From: Psammoneis japonica
Taxonomy: Eukaryota
Assembly (NCBI GenBank): GCA_008632985.1
Contig: QPGO01000012.1
Span: forward strand, 620,001 to 684,000
Direction: 5' to 3'
DNA: 64,000 nucleotides
Positions 45,301-56,896 of this stretch are shown here, one piece after another; the stretch's first letter is position 1, and each line of letters starts with the position of its first letter. Both the position numbers and the translations under genes were made by a program. Below the pieces are notes generated by a model, which saw only the letters and a list, made by a program, of their open reading frames with translations, was not told where the DNA came from and made no database searches.

Positions 45301-45998
45301 TGAGCATCCACTTGTGTGAGTGGAGGAAAGTGAGAAAAATGTGTGGTTCTCGTGCCGATTTGGCGGTTTCTACTTAGCGAACCCGCGAGCAGGCGGTGTT
45401 ACTCCCAAGTAATAATATCCAACAGACATGTATCCACATGTACAGTGTCTAAACAATTAGATAACGTATTTTGATTAATGAAATGTATACGATCAAATAA
45501 CAGACCTCAACACATAAATCATTATGTTATCTTAATCACGCATGTTTATATGTCTTAGCCAACATATTCCATCCACGTGATCAAACATTCCGTACTCCAA
45601 CGTCATGTCTAACGGATCACAGCTCTGGTCTCCAAGAGCATATCGTTCATATCCATGAACATTGATATATATAAAGGACTCAGCGATTACGCGAGCAACC
45701 ATGGGACCAACATGGCGCTTACCGCAAAAATCGATCGATCGCAACGACACCGTCGTACCGTTCGCGATGCCCGTTCCAGGCGATGAACATCATAGCGTGT
45801 TGGCTCTGATAAAGTGAATAAATACTACCATGATAGCTAAGAATTGGGTGTAAGACAAGACAGAGTGTTGAGCAGCATCAACAGGTTCTAGAATTGTGAG
45901 ATGTTACGCTGCTGGGGCCACTAATTAAGCGACAGTGGACCAATCGCCAATGGCACATAAACTGCCTACATTCATGACAGTGTGTCAGCATTTGTTCA
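39304..45998 (-). mobile_element. Full-length degenerate Ty1/Copia LTR retrotransposon
   Basis: 184-bp LTRs at 39304-39487 and 45815-45998, PBS ctttatcagagcca, PPT gaggggagac. Gag starts MAAAAAF (45268), protease LDSHADT, integrase, RT (ALHGLKSSG, YVDD) and RNase H (FCDNEAV..PESTLKKKH..NLADALTK), ending at 39641. Confidence 0.93.
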
Positions 45999-46299
45999 GC
46001 ATGGCAAATTCTGTGATGCCTGGATGCATCTGTCAAAGAAGAACAAGCTTCATGCCGCTGAAAACCTCCCACCAATCATGCCCAAGGAATCCGCACTTCT
46101 GCTGGGAGGAAGGGTGTCATGCATTGAAACCCACCTCCTGAGTGATTGCGCGAATGCCTGATGCATTTGGGCATGGTGTCTGCATGTTGATGCAACATGT
46201 AAGAGGCAAGGAACCATCATCTGCTTGTTGACACAACACAATGAATCTGCATGTCTAACCTGCAGCCACTTTCATGTTTTATGTTGGCAAAATGGTCAA

Positions 46300-49200
46300 C
46301 ACCTAAAAAATGTACATGTCCGCACTGCTTGAGTCTGCCTCCTCCTTGCATGCCATCATTTCTCTTGTCCACTTGACGAACATCACAGCCCAATCAATTT
46401 TTGGTCAAACTGCCATGACCATGTGCTCTCTCCTTGCAATTGGCAACTGAACTCAAGGCGGCACTGGGTTGGCACAATTCTTTGTTTGGAAAACAAGAAG
46501 ACCCCTCCTGATGCTGGATGCGGGCACGTTGCACATTGATGGTTTGCCGTTGCTCTGAAACTCTTGTGGCAATGTGTGAACAGCCTGGTGTCTCCACAGG
46601 TGGACTCACAGGCTGTTGCCAGCTTGCAATCAACAGAATGAACCGCGGCCTTCACACTGCCATTGATGTCCTGGCAGATTCCAACAACTCTTGTGGGGCA
46701 TTTGTCATTGGAGCTGTTGTCCATGTCAAAGTCAACAGTGGCCCAATCATGCCATGGCCCCTCCTTTGATCTGTGTTGTGGACATGCACGCATGTGTTCA
46801 CCGTCACCAAGTTTCAATTTGTTCCACATTTTGAATCTCTGTTGATTTGGTTCCAGTTCTTGGATCACTTCAAGGAAAGCCTGGCACGGTTTTCCTGTTT
46901 CCTTGTCAGCTGTTTTGGTGTTCCCAAATGGTCCATCAACATGACGCTGTCAAACTGACCACATTTGAAAACAAAGTTGGGCATCTCATGCGTGGCAGTT
47001 ACACTGGACATTTCGATGTGTTCATCCATGTCAGAGTTTCCGATTGATGAGCCATCTTGATCAAGTGTGTCGACACAACATTCAAAAAGCATGGTCTTGC
47101 ACACCCTTTCACAGGTTTGGCACACAAAGGTTTCCTCTCCCCACTTCTGCGTGGTCTTTGATGTTTTTTTGGCTTTGGTTTTAAAAAGTCTCTCACCTGT
47201 AGAAGCGCACGTTTGCATTGGATCTCCCAGGAACATCCGGTTGAACAGGGTGTGCAGCTGAGCGTGATTTTTCCCAGTGTTGTTGTCAACAGTCCTGTTG
47301 CCACAATGAATTGTTGTGTCCATGTGCACAACAACTCTCTTGACTCCACAGCCATGGGCTTTGCTGTCAAGCTGCATTTCCTTGGGAAGCTGATGGGAAC
47401 AGCAACAATGTGCATGATGGCAAAGAACACATTCAAGAAAGGACAAAAAGGTCAACATGTCTGACAGTGTTGAGCCTGTGCACCCGTTGCCCTTTGTCTG
47501 GGGTTTTTGTGGCGATGCTTCTCCACACAATTCTGCATTGTGGGAACAAAAACTGACATGGGTTGTTGGTGTCTTCCACATTGGCATCAGATTCTGTTGA
47601 AGGTGACTCAAGTTTCTTCTTGGCGACGGTCTTTCTCAATTTTTGGTCAAGACACTTCTCCACGTCAGTCACGAACTCTTTGTTGAGGATGCCTTGGCAC
47701 CTGTCCTGTGGGATTGGGCACGCGAGGGATTGGACACCTCCCTGGGAGGGACACGAGAAATGTTGTTTTCCATTGATTGCCTTCAGAATCTTCCAAGATT
47801 TGACAAACAGCTGGTCCATCTGAAAATTGTTGAAATCGTCTTCCAGCAAGAAGCCAAAGCCATGGAGCTTGAGGTTCTTGATTGCAAATTGGATCGTACA
47901 AGGTTTTTGGTCAAATGCATTGCCATGGTCATGGTCTGTTGCACAGTGCAAATCTTTCCTGAAAGGAAATGCACTTGGTGGCAAGGCAGGGTCATCCTCT
48001 GGCATTGTTTCCTCAGCAGGCATGGTGGCTGACTCAGTCAACTGCTGTTTCCTTTTGCAATGGGAGTGCGTTTTCCCGGAGGTTGCTTTTTTCTCCGATG
48101 GCATGCGCTCAGTTCCTGCACTCGGTTTTTCCTTCTGCAATGACTTGATCTTAGAAGCAGATGGAAAGGTGGTGCATTTCTTTGCTTGTTGTTTGTGAGC
48201 TTTTTCCATTGTCTCACGGGTGCCACTGCATTGCATCACTGCAGCTAGACAAAACAACGTTCCAATCTTTTTGGAGTGTGTCATGAGGGTCATTCTGGTG
48301 AAACCGGAGCTCAAACGGCCTTTGGGACAGTCACAAAAGGCACTGGATCCAGTGGACCCCACCACTGCCACCAACTCCTTTTTGAATGATTCCTTTTCCT
48401 TCGGAGTCAAACCATGATGTGCAACAGTGGCTACATTCTCTCCACCTTGAGCCTCCCAAGAGTGGAGATGATCATCCATGGTGGCGGCAAAGACACCCCA
48501 TGGGTTGCTGCCAAAATCAACACCATCAAAGGCATTTCTCAAGGGGTGCATCATGCATGGTCTGGCTGGCAGGGCAATGGCAAGCTTCTCTTGCCATTTC
48601 AGGAAATCTTCCATCCGTCCATTGGTTGAGATTTCATTGGCGGATGCACCGTGGCAGCCCAGTGCTGTTTTGTTGAGGCGCGACACTGTGTTCAGATTTG
48701 TCAGAGTGCAAGACAGGCCATTTTCTTTTGTGGGTGGGAATGAGTTGGAGGCATTTGTCAACAAACACATGCACAGTCGGTGAACCCAACCAGCACCACC
48801 TCCATTGGTTGCCTTGCAAACGCATGTGCAGTCCTGTGATTTCTGGTCACCAAAGATTGGGCCTTGGACAAGGAGAATGTGCATTGGCCAATGTCGCCTG
48901 CCCAAATTGACCATCATCCTGGGAGGGTGCTTCTGAAGATGCTTCAAATCCTCCAACAGAAACGATGACATGTCGTGGTGTGCCTGTGTGTTTGCAGACG
49001 AATCAGGTGATGATGAATCATCCTCGAGGGAATTGCCACTGTCGTTGGTGGAAACAGAGGAGGCGCCTTTGTCGGTGCTTGGTGGGAAACCCAAATGCCG
49101 CCAGGAGAAAGAGTGTTCACGAGCTTTCCTCTTCACAAGGAGGATGCAGAACAACCAGGGTTTGAGTGGATGTCGTTGGCAGGCATCTGTTCCTGTCTGG

Positions 49201-50130
49201 TCTGCATGCGAGCCCATTGGCAGAAGTGGGTCCTTCTTGGGATTGAAATCAGTGGGGAGATTGTCGCAGGTGTTGGTGAACCATTTGTTGCAAACTTTTC
49301 TCCGAGGTTGCAGTCGTTGACTGGAACAAACTTGCAGAAATGTTTGTCCATCAATTGGCTCAAATTGAGATTGTGATGGTCATCAAAAAGGGAGTGGGCA
49401 AGCAAGTCCCTCAACATGTCCTGCATCTGGAAACCTCATGGCACACTGAGGTTTTTTAGCAACTTTTTGTGCCAAAGTGCCTTGGAGGCATCAAACCTCT
49501 TTTTCTTATGAAGACGTTGCAGCAAGGTGAGCAGGGAATCGCAGAATCCTCTGGTGGCACCGGAATTGTCACACAATGTGATCAGCTCAAGAGATGCTTC
49601 CTCAGCCAATGTGAAGCTGCAACCGAGCGGAGGGGATGACTGTCCTTTGCCAATGTCATCAGGGGGGTGGGCCGGCAGCACGTTTTCTTCTGCATCCACA
49701 CCAACGTCAGCAGCAGAGTCAATGGTGCCAGGAAACATTTCAAAGAGAGACAGGGTGTCGTCGTCCTCTCTGTCGGTGTCAGAACCATTGCTGCGTGTCG
49801 AGTCATCATTGTCTTGTTCTTTGGGGGCCCCATTCTCAGAATCCGAATCAGTGGCAGTGAACTCTACATTGCATGCAGCCGGGGAACTGGTGTTGGAGGT
49901 GTCGATGGTGTTTTGGGAGGAAGAGGGAATGTTGGAGTGAGATTGGAAGGAGGACATTGATGGTGAGTCCTCATCCCCACTTTGATGGAGGAGCAACACA
50001 GTTGCTTGGGACAGAGTGCTCAAATCACCAGAAGAGATGTCGACACAACAGATTTGGCGGGGCTTGCATTTGCAGCGATGGGCACAAACCATTTGCAACG
50101 GATCAAATTGCAGGGTGGGGGTGCACACGT
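46300..50130 (-). mobile_element. Plavaka/CACTA-like DNA transposase pseudogene
   Basis: HADQTGTD..RHPLKPWLF...RE..SWRHLGF, GDQKSQD..C, NAFDGVDFGSNPWGVFAATMDDHLHSWE, GERLFKTKAKK..KTTQ and RACPQHRSKEGPWHDWATVDF resemble Plavaka-type transposase motifs recalled from memory. Confidence 0.7.
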
Positions 50131-50750
50131 TTGACGGGAAACAGTGTGGACTTCTTGGAAAACAGGTTTACAGATTGATTTGAAATCGAATCATTGAACA
50201 GGCAGTGGGGTGATTGAAATGCATGGGCATGCCGTGCAACCGGCTGGGCATTTAAAAATGCAGTGAGGGATAATTGCACCACATTTGAAACTCAGGTGAG
50301 TGAATTCAAAACGCACAAGTGAACATGTGGGCATGAATGAAATAAATGCACATCTCATGTTCGGGACATGAGGTTCATGACATGCAGGGAAATCACATTT
50401 GCAATGGTTCTTGCAGCAGCAGCGGCAGGCACAAACCATTTGCAAAGGATTGAATTGCAGGGTGGGGGTGCACGCATTTGACGGAAACAGTGTGGACTTG
50501 TTGGAAAACAGGTTTGCTGATTGAGTTGAAATCAAATTGTTGAAAAGGCAGTCAAGTGATTGAAAACACACGTGCTGTGCAGCCGGTCGGACATTTAAAA
50601 ATGCAGTGAGGCATGATTGCATTGCATTTGAAACTTGGGCAGGTGAGTTCAAAATGCACAAGTGAACACATGGGCATGAATGAAACAAACGTGCATCTCA
50701 TGTTTGGGACATGAGGTTCACGAATGCAGGGAAATCACATTTGCAATGGT
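50082..50750. repeat. Two diverged ~330-bp direct repeats (period ~347 bp) between the divergent transposon ORFs
   Basis: gcacaaaccatttgcaa..ggat..aattgcagggtgggggtgcac at ~50082 and ~50429, both ending aaatcacatttgcaatggt. Confidence 0.85.
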
Positions 50751-50837
50751 GAACCAGCCGGAAAACAACTTGCACACAATCAGCACTGGAAGGGACGAGC
50801 ACATGGGACAAAACCACACAAAAAACAGTGCAAAGAC

Positions 50838-52214
50838 ATGGCAACCACGGTGCAGAGGCAGATCAATCCAGCTGAGTGGATGGACGACGATGAGAAAGTT
50901 GGCAGAGACACAGTCAAGGTGAGAGACCACGTCAAAGACAAGGTGTTTCTCAGTGTCACATTCTTGTTTGATGCAAGGCAGTCAGAGGAAACCGGCATGC
51001 TGCACAGAGACTGCGCCCAGAATTGCAGACTGACACTGATGGACGGAATGCTGCCGGAGCTCCCAGAAGTGGATCAGAAGAACTGCCAGCGTTTCCTGTG
51101 GATGAAAATGAAACAAACCAGGTTGTGCCAGGATTGGCTTGCAATGAAGTGATCCAATGCTTGTCAGTCACAGCAGGACAAATTTCACAGCAAGCAATGA
51201 TGCAGCTGTGGATTGTTGTGAAAAACGGGGGTGACTGACCAACATGGGGATTGTTTTGTTGCTGTGGACGCATTGCTGTGTGCCCACTGTGAAAAGAACA
51301 ATTGCATCTTGCCTTTGCCTGAAAGATTCCAGGATCAATTGTCAAATCCAACGTTGCAGATGGTGTTCTACGACTGCTTGTTGCGGCCGGTCGTGGGAGA
51401 CATTCATTGGAAGAAAAGCCCAACCGACAACAAAAGGTTGGGCACATTGTGTGCTGAGGCATTTGCCCACATGCTCCTCAAGAACAATTGTGTTGTGTGG
51501 TGTGCAGAGTGAAAGAGCAACAACAACAGCAGTGTTTTGATGTCAGACTATGATGTCAAGCTCAATGACCAAGGAACACCCACCGGAAGGGGAGACTTGT
51601 GTGAGACCATGATGCTGGACATCACAGTTCTTGAGGCAGAGCATGAAAACGGATCAAGCTCATTCACCATTTTGGAAAAGGAACCTGAAAAGGACATGGA
51701 GCAAGGAACAGCAGAAGAGGAAATGACAAACAAGTTCAAGGAGGCACGGGAGGAGTCCATTGAGAGCCGCAATGAATGCATCAGGAAGGTGAGAGAGGAG
51801 CAATCGATGCAGGACAGGTTGTCAGTTATGACAGAGGTCACGACAGAGCTGCAGAACAACAAGAACCTGCCCAATGAAGAATGTGGGGCAAAGAAGAGAC
51901 AGTGCATGAGATGCCTGAAGCACTTCACGGCAGAGAACTCCAAGAATGGAGCTGCGGAAGGGAGTGCACCCAGGAAACGCAAGAGGGCAGCTGGGAAGAG
52001 CAAGGGATGGTCACCGAGGGCGAACAAGTTCTTCAAGAAGATGGTGAGGGAAATCAAACAAGATGTTGTGAGCAAACAACCAGGCCAATGGGAGGATTTG
52101 CACAGGAAGATTGTGGCAGAGTGTGACAGGAAAGTGGATGAGGGGGACACAATGAGTCGGGGGATGAGGAAGACCACATGGTGGATTGCGCCAAGACACA
52201 TGAACTGGAGTTGA
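50838..52214 (+). pseudogene. Accessory ORF of the Plavaka/CACTA-like transposon (divergent from the transposase), degenerate
   Basis: Fragments FYDCLLRPVVGDIHWK..EAFAHMLLKNN and KGWSPRANKFFKKMVREIKQD. Position is head-to-head with the transposase. Confidence 0.45.
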
Positions 52215-53048
52215 CGCCTGTTCAGCAGATGACATGTGAAAAGCAGCAGTCATGTTCATTGTGAATGACATTGTAGACACAATCTAAATTGAACAACTGC
52301 ATTCCATGGTGCCAATTGGAAAGCAATTGGGGAAGGGCACAACAAAAATGGCATTTTGGGATGCAAGTCAAGCGATCTGTTGTCAGTCAGTTGTCGGAAG
52401 TGTTGGAATGGATCATCGTGATGGAGTCAACTTTTTACGTTGTAATCAACTTGTTGGTTTTGCACGTCCTTGATTGGAAACTGTGGTGACATCTGCTGAA
52501 CAGGCATCAGCTCCAGTTCGTGTGTCTTGGTGCAATCCACCACATGGTCTTCCTCATCCCCCGACTCATTGTCCCCTCATCCACTTTCCTGTCACACTCT
52601 GCCACAATCTTCCTGTGCAAATCCTCCCATCAGCCTGGTCGTTTGCTCACAACATCTTGTTTGATTTCCCTCACCATCTTCTTGAAGAACTTGTTTGCCC
52701 TCGGTGACCATCCCTTGCTCTTCCAGCTGCCCTCTTGTGTTTCCTGGGTGCACTCCCTTCCGCAGCTCCATTCTTGGAGTTCTCTGCTGTGAAGTGCTTC
52801 AGGCGTCTCATGCACTGTCTCTTCTTTGCCCCACATTGCATCATGTCTCAAGTCACATGAAAAGATCCTCTGTGCATCAGGGGCCCAATTGGGGAAGGGC
52901 ACAACAAAAATGGCATTTTGGGATGCAAGTCAAGCGAACTGTTGTCAGTCAGTTGTCAGAAGTGTTTGAATGGATCATCGTGATGGAGTTGACTCATTAC
53001 ATTGCAATCAACTTGTTGGTTTTGCACGTCCTTGATTGGAAACTGTGG
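51880..53048. repeat. Inverted duplication (51880-52231 vs 52490-52837) interleaved with a direct duplication (52324-52486 vs 52886-53048)
   Basis: Direct sequence comparison. The ORF track shows KGWSPRANKFFKKMVREIKQDVVSK on both strands. Confidence 0.9.
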
Positions 53049-53819
53049 ACACTTGTCAGAAGTGGCGGACAGCTGCGCTTGTTTTTGTGCAAAAATCACA
53101 CACACTCATCACAAATGTGTGTGATTCATGTTAAATCAGCATCATTTGTTCATAAATCAATTGACGTGTTTGTGCTCACACATGTTTTGTCAGACTGCGG
53201 CATGGTCGCACGCGAGTGCAAGGATTCATGGATTCGGGCCCCTGATGTGCTCATCTTGTGCTCTCCTCGCTGTGCAAGAGCAGCTCAAATCTTCCTTTGT
53301 GTGGGCTGCCAGATGAGACACAGTCTCTTGAAAACTGTGTCTGCTTTGTGCAAGAGTGCAACATCAATGTGCAACCACTGTTTTGCATGTCAAGTTTTGT
53401 TGCAAAAAAAAAAGTCTGTCTTGCACTCGCTGCGACTTCTTTTCCAACGACAGCACTGCAGCAGCGCGGCACCTTGGCTTCAGCACACACCACCACACAA
53501 CATTCAAGAAATGTGCTTTGGCACCATTGTGCAATCCTTAACCACAATGCTGCAGAGACTGCTCAATCACACCACACTCAACATTTCGTGTGTTTGTGTT
53601 TTGGCGTTTTTGAGCCCGGTCTAGCCGTCGCTCGTTTTGGTTGAACACGCGGCGCGCGGTTCTGCAAAAGCTCACATCAAACGCACGACGTTCGTACGGA
53701 ATGACGTTTTTTGTAGTCACATTAGTACATTTTCTACATGCGTGAATTTGACGTAATAATAGCACCGACGAAATCCTGCCCTTCAAAAAACATCAACCGA
53801 AAGTTCAGCGAAAGGCACC

Positions 53820-54500
53820 ATGATGGATCGCCGTCATTTTTCCATGACTGCTGCAACAACAACAACACGTCAAACACCATCGTTGGGTCGAAGAGCTTGG
53901 CTGTTTTATTCATCCTCACTATATAAGTACCCCTTACGAACCAAAGCAATCGCTGCCGCTGTGATTTTCTTTTCGAGCGATTGTGCAACCCAATACATTA
54001 CGCAAAACAAGGATGAATCGTTTTGTTGGGATGCACCACGATCCTGCAGCGGTGCCTTTTTTGGTGTAGTGGCTTCGAGTTGGCTACACGTTTGGTGGGG
54101 AGCTCTGGAAGTCTTTATGGAAGCTAGAATACCTGCGGCAAAATCGCGATTGGGCAACGCCGTTGCCAAAGTCATTGTGGATCAAGGAGTCGGAGCTCCA
54201 TTTTACATTTATTCGTATTACTTTTCCACAAACTTGCTCCATACCCTATCCAAGTCAACGAAAGAAAATCAGAAATCCTTGTTGAAATCAACCCACGACA
54301 AGGCGGTGGAGCGACTCGTTCCGACCATGCCGCGTCACTGGAGAATATGGCCCTTTGTTCACACCTGTACGTTTTACTTTGTTCCGTTGCATCATCGAGT
54401 GCTCGTTCAGAATACCTTTCTTGTGGGTTGGAGTGGATATCTGAGCCATTTAAATCATGGTGGTCTGAATGAACAAGACGAGGTAAAGGGCTTTGATTAA
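53820..54500 (+). CDS. Mpv17/PMP22 family membrane protein
   Basis: YPLRTKAI, SDCATQ, WDAPRS, KVIVDQ, WRIWPFVH..FYFVPLHHRVLVQN...WSGYLS. Confidence 0.9.
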   Translation: MMDRRHFSMTAATTTTRQTPSLGRRAWLFYSSSLYKYPLRTKAIAAAVIFFSSDCATQYITQNKDESFCWDAPRSCSGAFFGVVASSWLHVWWGALEVFMEARIPAAKSRLGNAVAKVIVDQGVGAPFYIYSYYFSTNLLHTLSKSTKENQKSLLKSTHDKAVERLVPTMPRHWRIWPFVHTCTFYFVPLHHRVLVQNTFLVGWSGYLSHLNHGGLNEQDEVKGFD

Positions 54501-54799
54501 GAAACAAAAGAGGACCGGCACGCTACGCCCATATCAACAAGCTCTGTATTCATCATATGTGCTCTCAAACAATCATGTCAAACACGTTAAGACACGACTT
54601 TTTTCATCCATGATAAGTGGAGTGCAAATAACCCGTAATTAATAAATCCTTGCTGCTATCGCAATCATGAATGTGCCGTGTACTTTTATAGCAAGCATTT
54701 TATTCAAAAGCTGCATGTAACTCGCTCAAGAAAATTGACGAAACTCACAGACTCTTATATGAGTCGGTTTCGATGTTTGGAATGCCTCGCATCCCTACC

Positions 54800-56896
54800 T
54801 TACCAGGAAAGCATGGACATGACAGCAAGACTAATCATGATGATTGCATTTCCAATCAACTCCCTCATCACTGATGCCCCACTACTTTCACTCGGGCTTG
54901 TGCTTGGCGTAAGCGAGGGCTCTGGAGAACTACTCGATACGGCGGGCGGAGACGTAATTTGAGGCGTTGGATTGAGTGTAAGGCCAGAGGTAGAACCCAG
55001 CGTGGGCGTGGTGGACGGAGTCTCGGATGTCGTCGTACTTGTCGGCGTGACGGATGGACTTGCCGTAAGGGGTGTCGTGGTGGTTGGCACACCGGTCGGA
55101 GCGTTTGTCGTAGCCATGGTCGTCGGGTTTGACGACACTGGTTCCGTCATGGCTGTCGGACTTGACGACACTGGCTCCGTCATGATGGATGGAGCAGGGC
55201 TTGTTTGAACAGGAGGCTGCGAAGGAGGCGCGACAAAGGCTGGGTCTCGAGCAAAGACACCAAAGTTTCCAACGTCTGAAGTTGTACTTCCAGAAATGAG
55301 CACAAAGTATTGCGCGTTGGCGTCCGAATTGAACGTGTAGCTTGTGCCAAAGACATTGGAGCAGGGTTCTGAGACTCCTGGGTCTAGGTTGGTTGGGCAA
55401 CTGGCACGACAAGAATTTGGATTTGGGCGGATTTCTGTTCGAAAATCGGTTGCCGCATCACACGTGTTAATCGTCAAGACGCCTCCAGTTCCTTGAACCA
55501 CATACCACACACCTCGCTCACTCTGACTTGTAGATCCACAAGCGGTGTCCCTCGTCGCATTGAATGTTGACCCAATTTCTGTTGGTCCATTTACCAAAAG
55601 AGAAATAGCGTCAGTACAAAGATCGTTAGCAGGTGGCTCGTAGTCAATAGCCGTGATTCCAAAGCTACCAATGTCAGAGGTGGTAGAACCAGATACCAGC
55701 ACGTTGTAGTTGGTTCCCAGTTGAGAGTCGAAGGTATATGTTACGCCGAATGGATTGCTGCAAGGAACAGCAAAGCCCGTTTGTTCGTTATCTGGGCAAC
55801 TTGCGCGGCACGAGTTGGGAACTGGCCGAATCTCCGTTACAAAATCAGTTGCAGACTCGCAGGTGTGGATCGTCATGATACGACCCGTTCCTTGGATCAA
55901 GTACCACACCCCTCGTTCGCTTTTGCTTGTAGAACCACAGCTGAAATCCCTAGTGGCATTGACCGTGGAACCGGTTTTGGATTCACCGTTGACAATAAGA
56001 GGAATTGCATCCAAGCACTGATCATTCGGTGGTGGTACATAGTCGAAAGCCGTGATTTCAAAGCCGCCAACATCGCTGGTGGTAGAACCTGATACCAGCA
56101 CGTTGTAGATGAACCCAAGCTCAGAGTCAAATGTATATGCAATGCCAAATGGATTACTACACGGGACAGGAAATCCAGGATCCTCGATTTGAGGGCAAGT
56201 GGCACGACAAGAGTTTGGAACTGGACGTATCTCTGTGACAAAATCCGTCCCAGCCTCACAGGTGGAGATTGTCATTATACGACCCGTTCCTTGGATCACG
56301 TACCACACGCCTCGTTCGCTTCGGCGTGTAGAACCACAGCTGACATCTCTCGTGGCATTGACGGTGGAACCTGTTTTAGATTCACCGTTTACAAGGAGAA
56401 GAATCGCGTCCAAACAAAGATCGTTAGGAGGCGGCTCGTAGTCCACAGCAGTGATACCAAAGCTACCAACGTCGTCTATTGTCGCCCCCGACACAAGAAC
56501 ATTATAATTGGTTCCTAGCTCTGAGTCAAACGTGTACGTTGTACCAAAAGGATTGTTGCAACCCACTGGAAAGCCAGGGTCTTCGATGGCCGGGCAGCTA
56601 GCACGGCAAACGTTAGGAACGGGGCGTATCTCCGTAGCAAAATCCGTCAGAGCCGCACACGTGTCGATGGTCATGGTCCGACCGGTCCCTTGGATCAAAT
56701 ACCAGACGCCTTGTTCACTGAGACTAGTGGATCCACAGCTCGTGTCCGGTGTTGCATCGATGTTGGTTCCGGTAAGGGTAGGGCCATTCACGGCCAAGGC
56801 TTCAGCACTGTCGCATTGATCATTTGCTGGTTGTGCCCAAGCCTGCCTGAAGGAAGCTTCGAGAAGAAGAAAAACAGCAATTATTTTTAAAGTCAT
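54800..56896 (-). CDS. Secreted/cell-surface protein with four ~133-aa Cys-containing repeats, a Ser/Thr/Pro stalk and a hydrophobic (GPI-like) tail
   Basis: Signal peptide, 4x P(A/P)ND.C..A..L.VNG...G.T..AT.D..CGST..SE.GVWY..QGTG repeats, T/S/P-rich region and hydrophobic C-terminus. Confidence 0.85.
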   Translation of the reverse strand: MTLKIIAVFLLLEASFRQAWAQPANDQCDSAEALAVNGPTLTGTNIDATPDTSCGSTSLSEQGVWYLIQGTGRTMTIDTCAALTDFATEIRPVPNVCRASCPAIEDPGFPVGCNNPFGTTYTFDSELGTNYNVLVSGATIDDVGSFGITAVDYEPPPNDLCLDAILLLVNGESKTGSTVNATRDVSCGSTRRSERGVWYVIQGTGRIMTISTCEAGTDFVTEIRPVPNSCRATCPQIEDPGFPVPCSNPFGIAYTFDSELGFIYNVLVSGSTTSDVGGFEITAFDYVPPPNDQCLDAIPLIVNGESKTGSTVNATRDFSCGSTSKSERGVWYLIQGTGRIMTIHTCESATDFVTEIRPVPNSCRASCPDNEQTGFAVPCSNPFGVTYTFDSQLGTNYNVLVSGSTTSDIGSFGITAIDYEPPANDLCTDAISLLVNGPTEIGSTFNATRDTACGSTSQSERGVWYVVQGTGGVLTINTCDAATDFRTEIRPNPNSCRASCPTNLDPGVSEPCSNVFGTSYTFNSDANAQYFVLISGSTTSDVGNFGVFARDPAFVAPPSQPPVQTSPAPSIMTEPVSSSPTAMTEPVSSNPTTMATTNAPTGVPTTTTPLTASPSVTPTSTTTSETPSTTPTLGSTSGLTLNPTPQITSPPAVSSSSPEPSLTPSTSPSESSGASVMRELIGNAIIMISLAVMSMLSW

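Larger units (their letters stand above)
25030..53600. repeat. ~28.5-kb nested transposon block, strongly TpA-depleted
   Basis: Composition shift with nested MITEs, two Copia elements and a Plavaka-like transposon. Confidence 0.8.

Noticed and set aside
39304..45998. ADAR/APOBEC-type editing during retrotransposition
   Set aside because: That would be strand-biased, and here both A->G and T->C occur on the same strand within a single LTR. DNA transposons, MITEs and a metabolic pseudogene are affected too.
25030..53600. Dense overlapping Cys/His-rich ORFs in all six frames (also 3050-8260 and 12760-19500)
   Set aside because: These are a by-product of TpA loss, which removes TAA/TAG stops and enriches TGY/CAY codons. 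They are not metal-binding proteins or overlapping genes.
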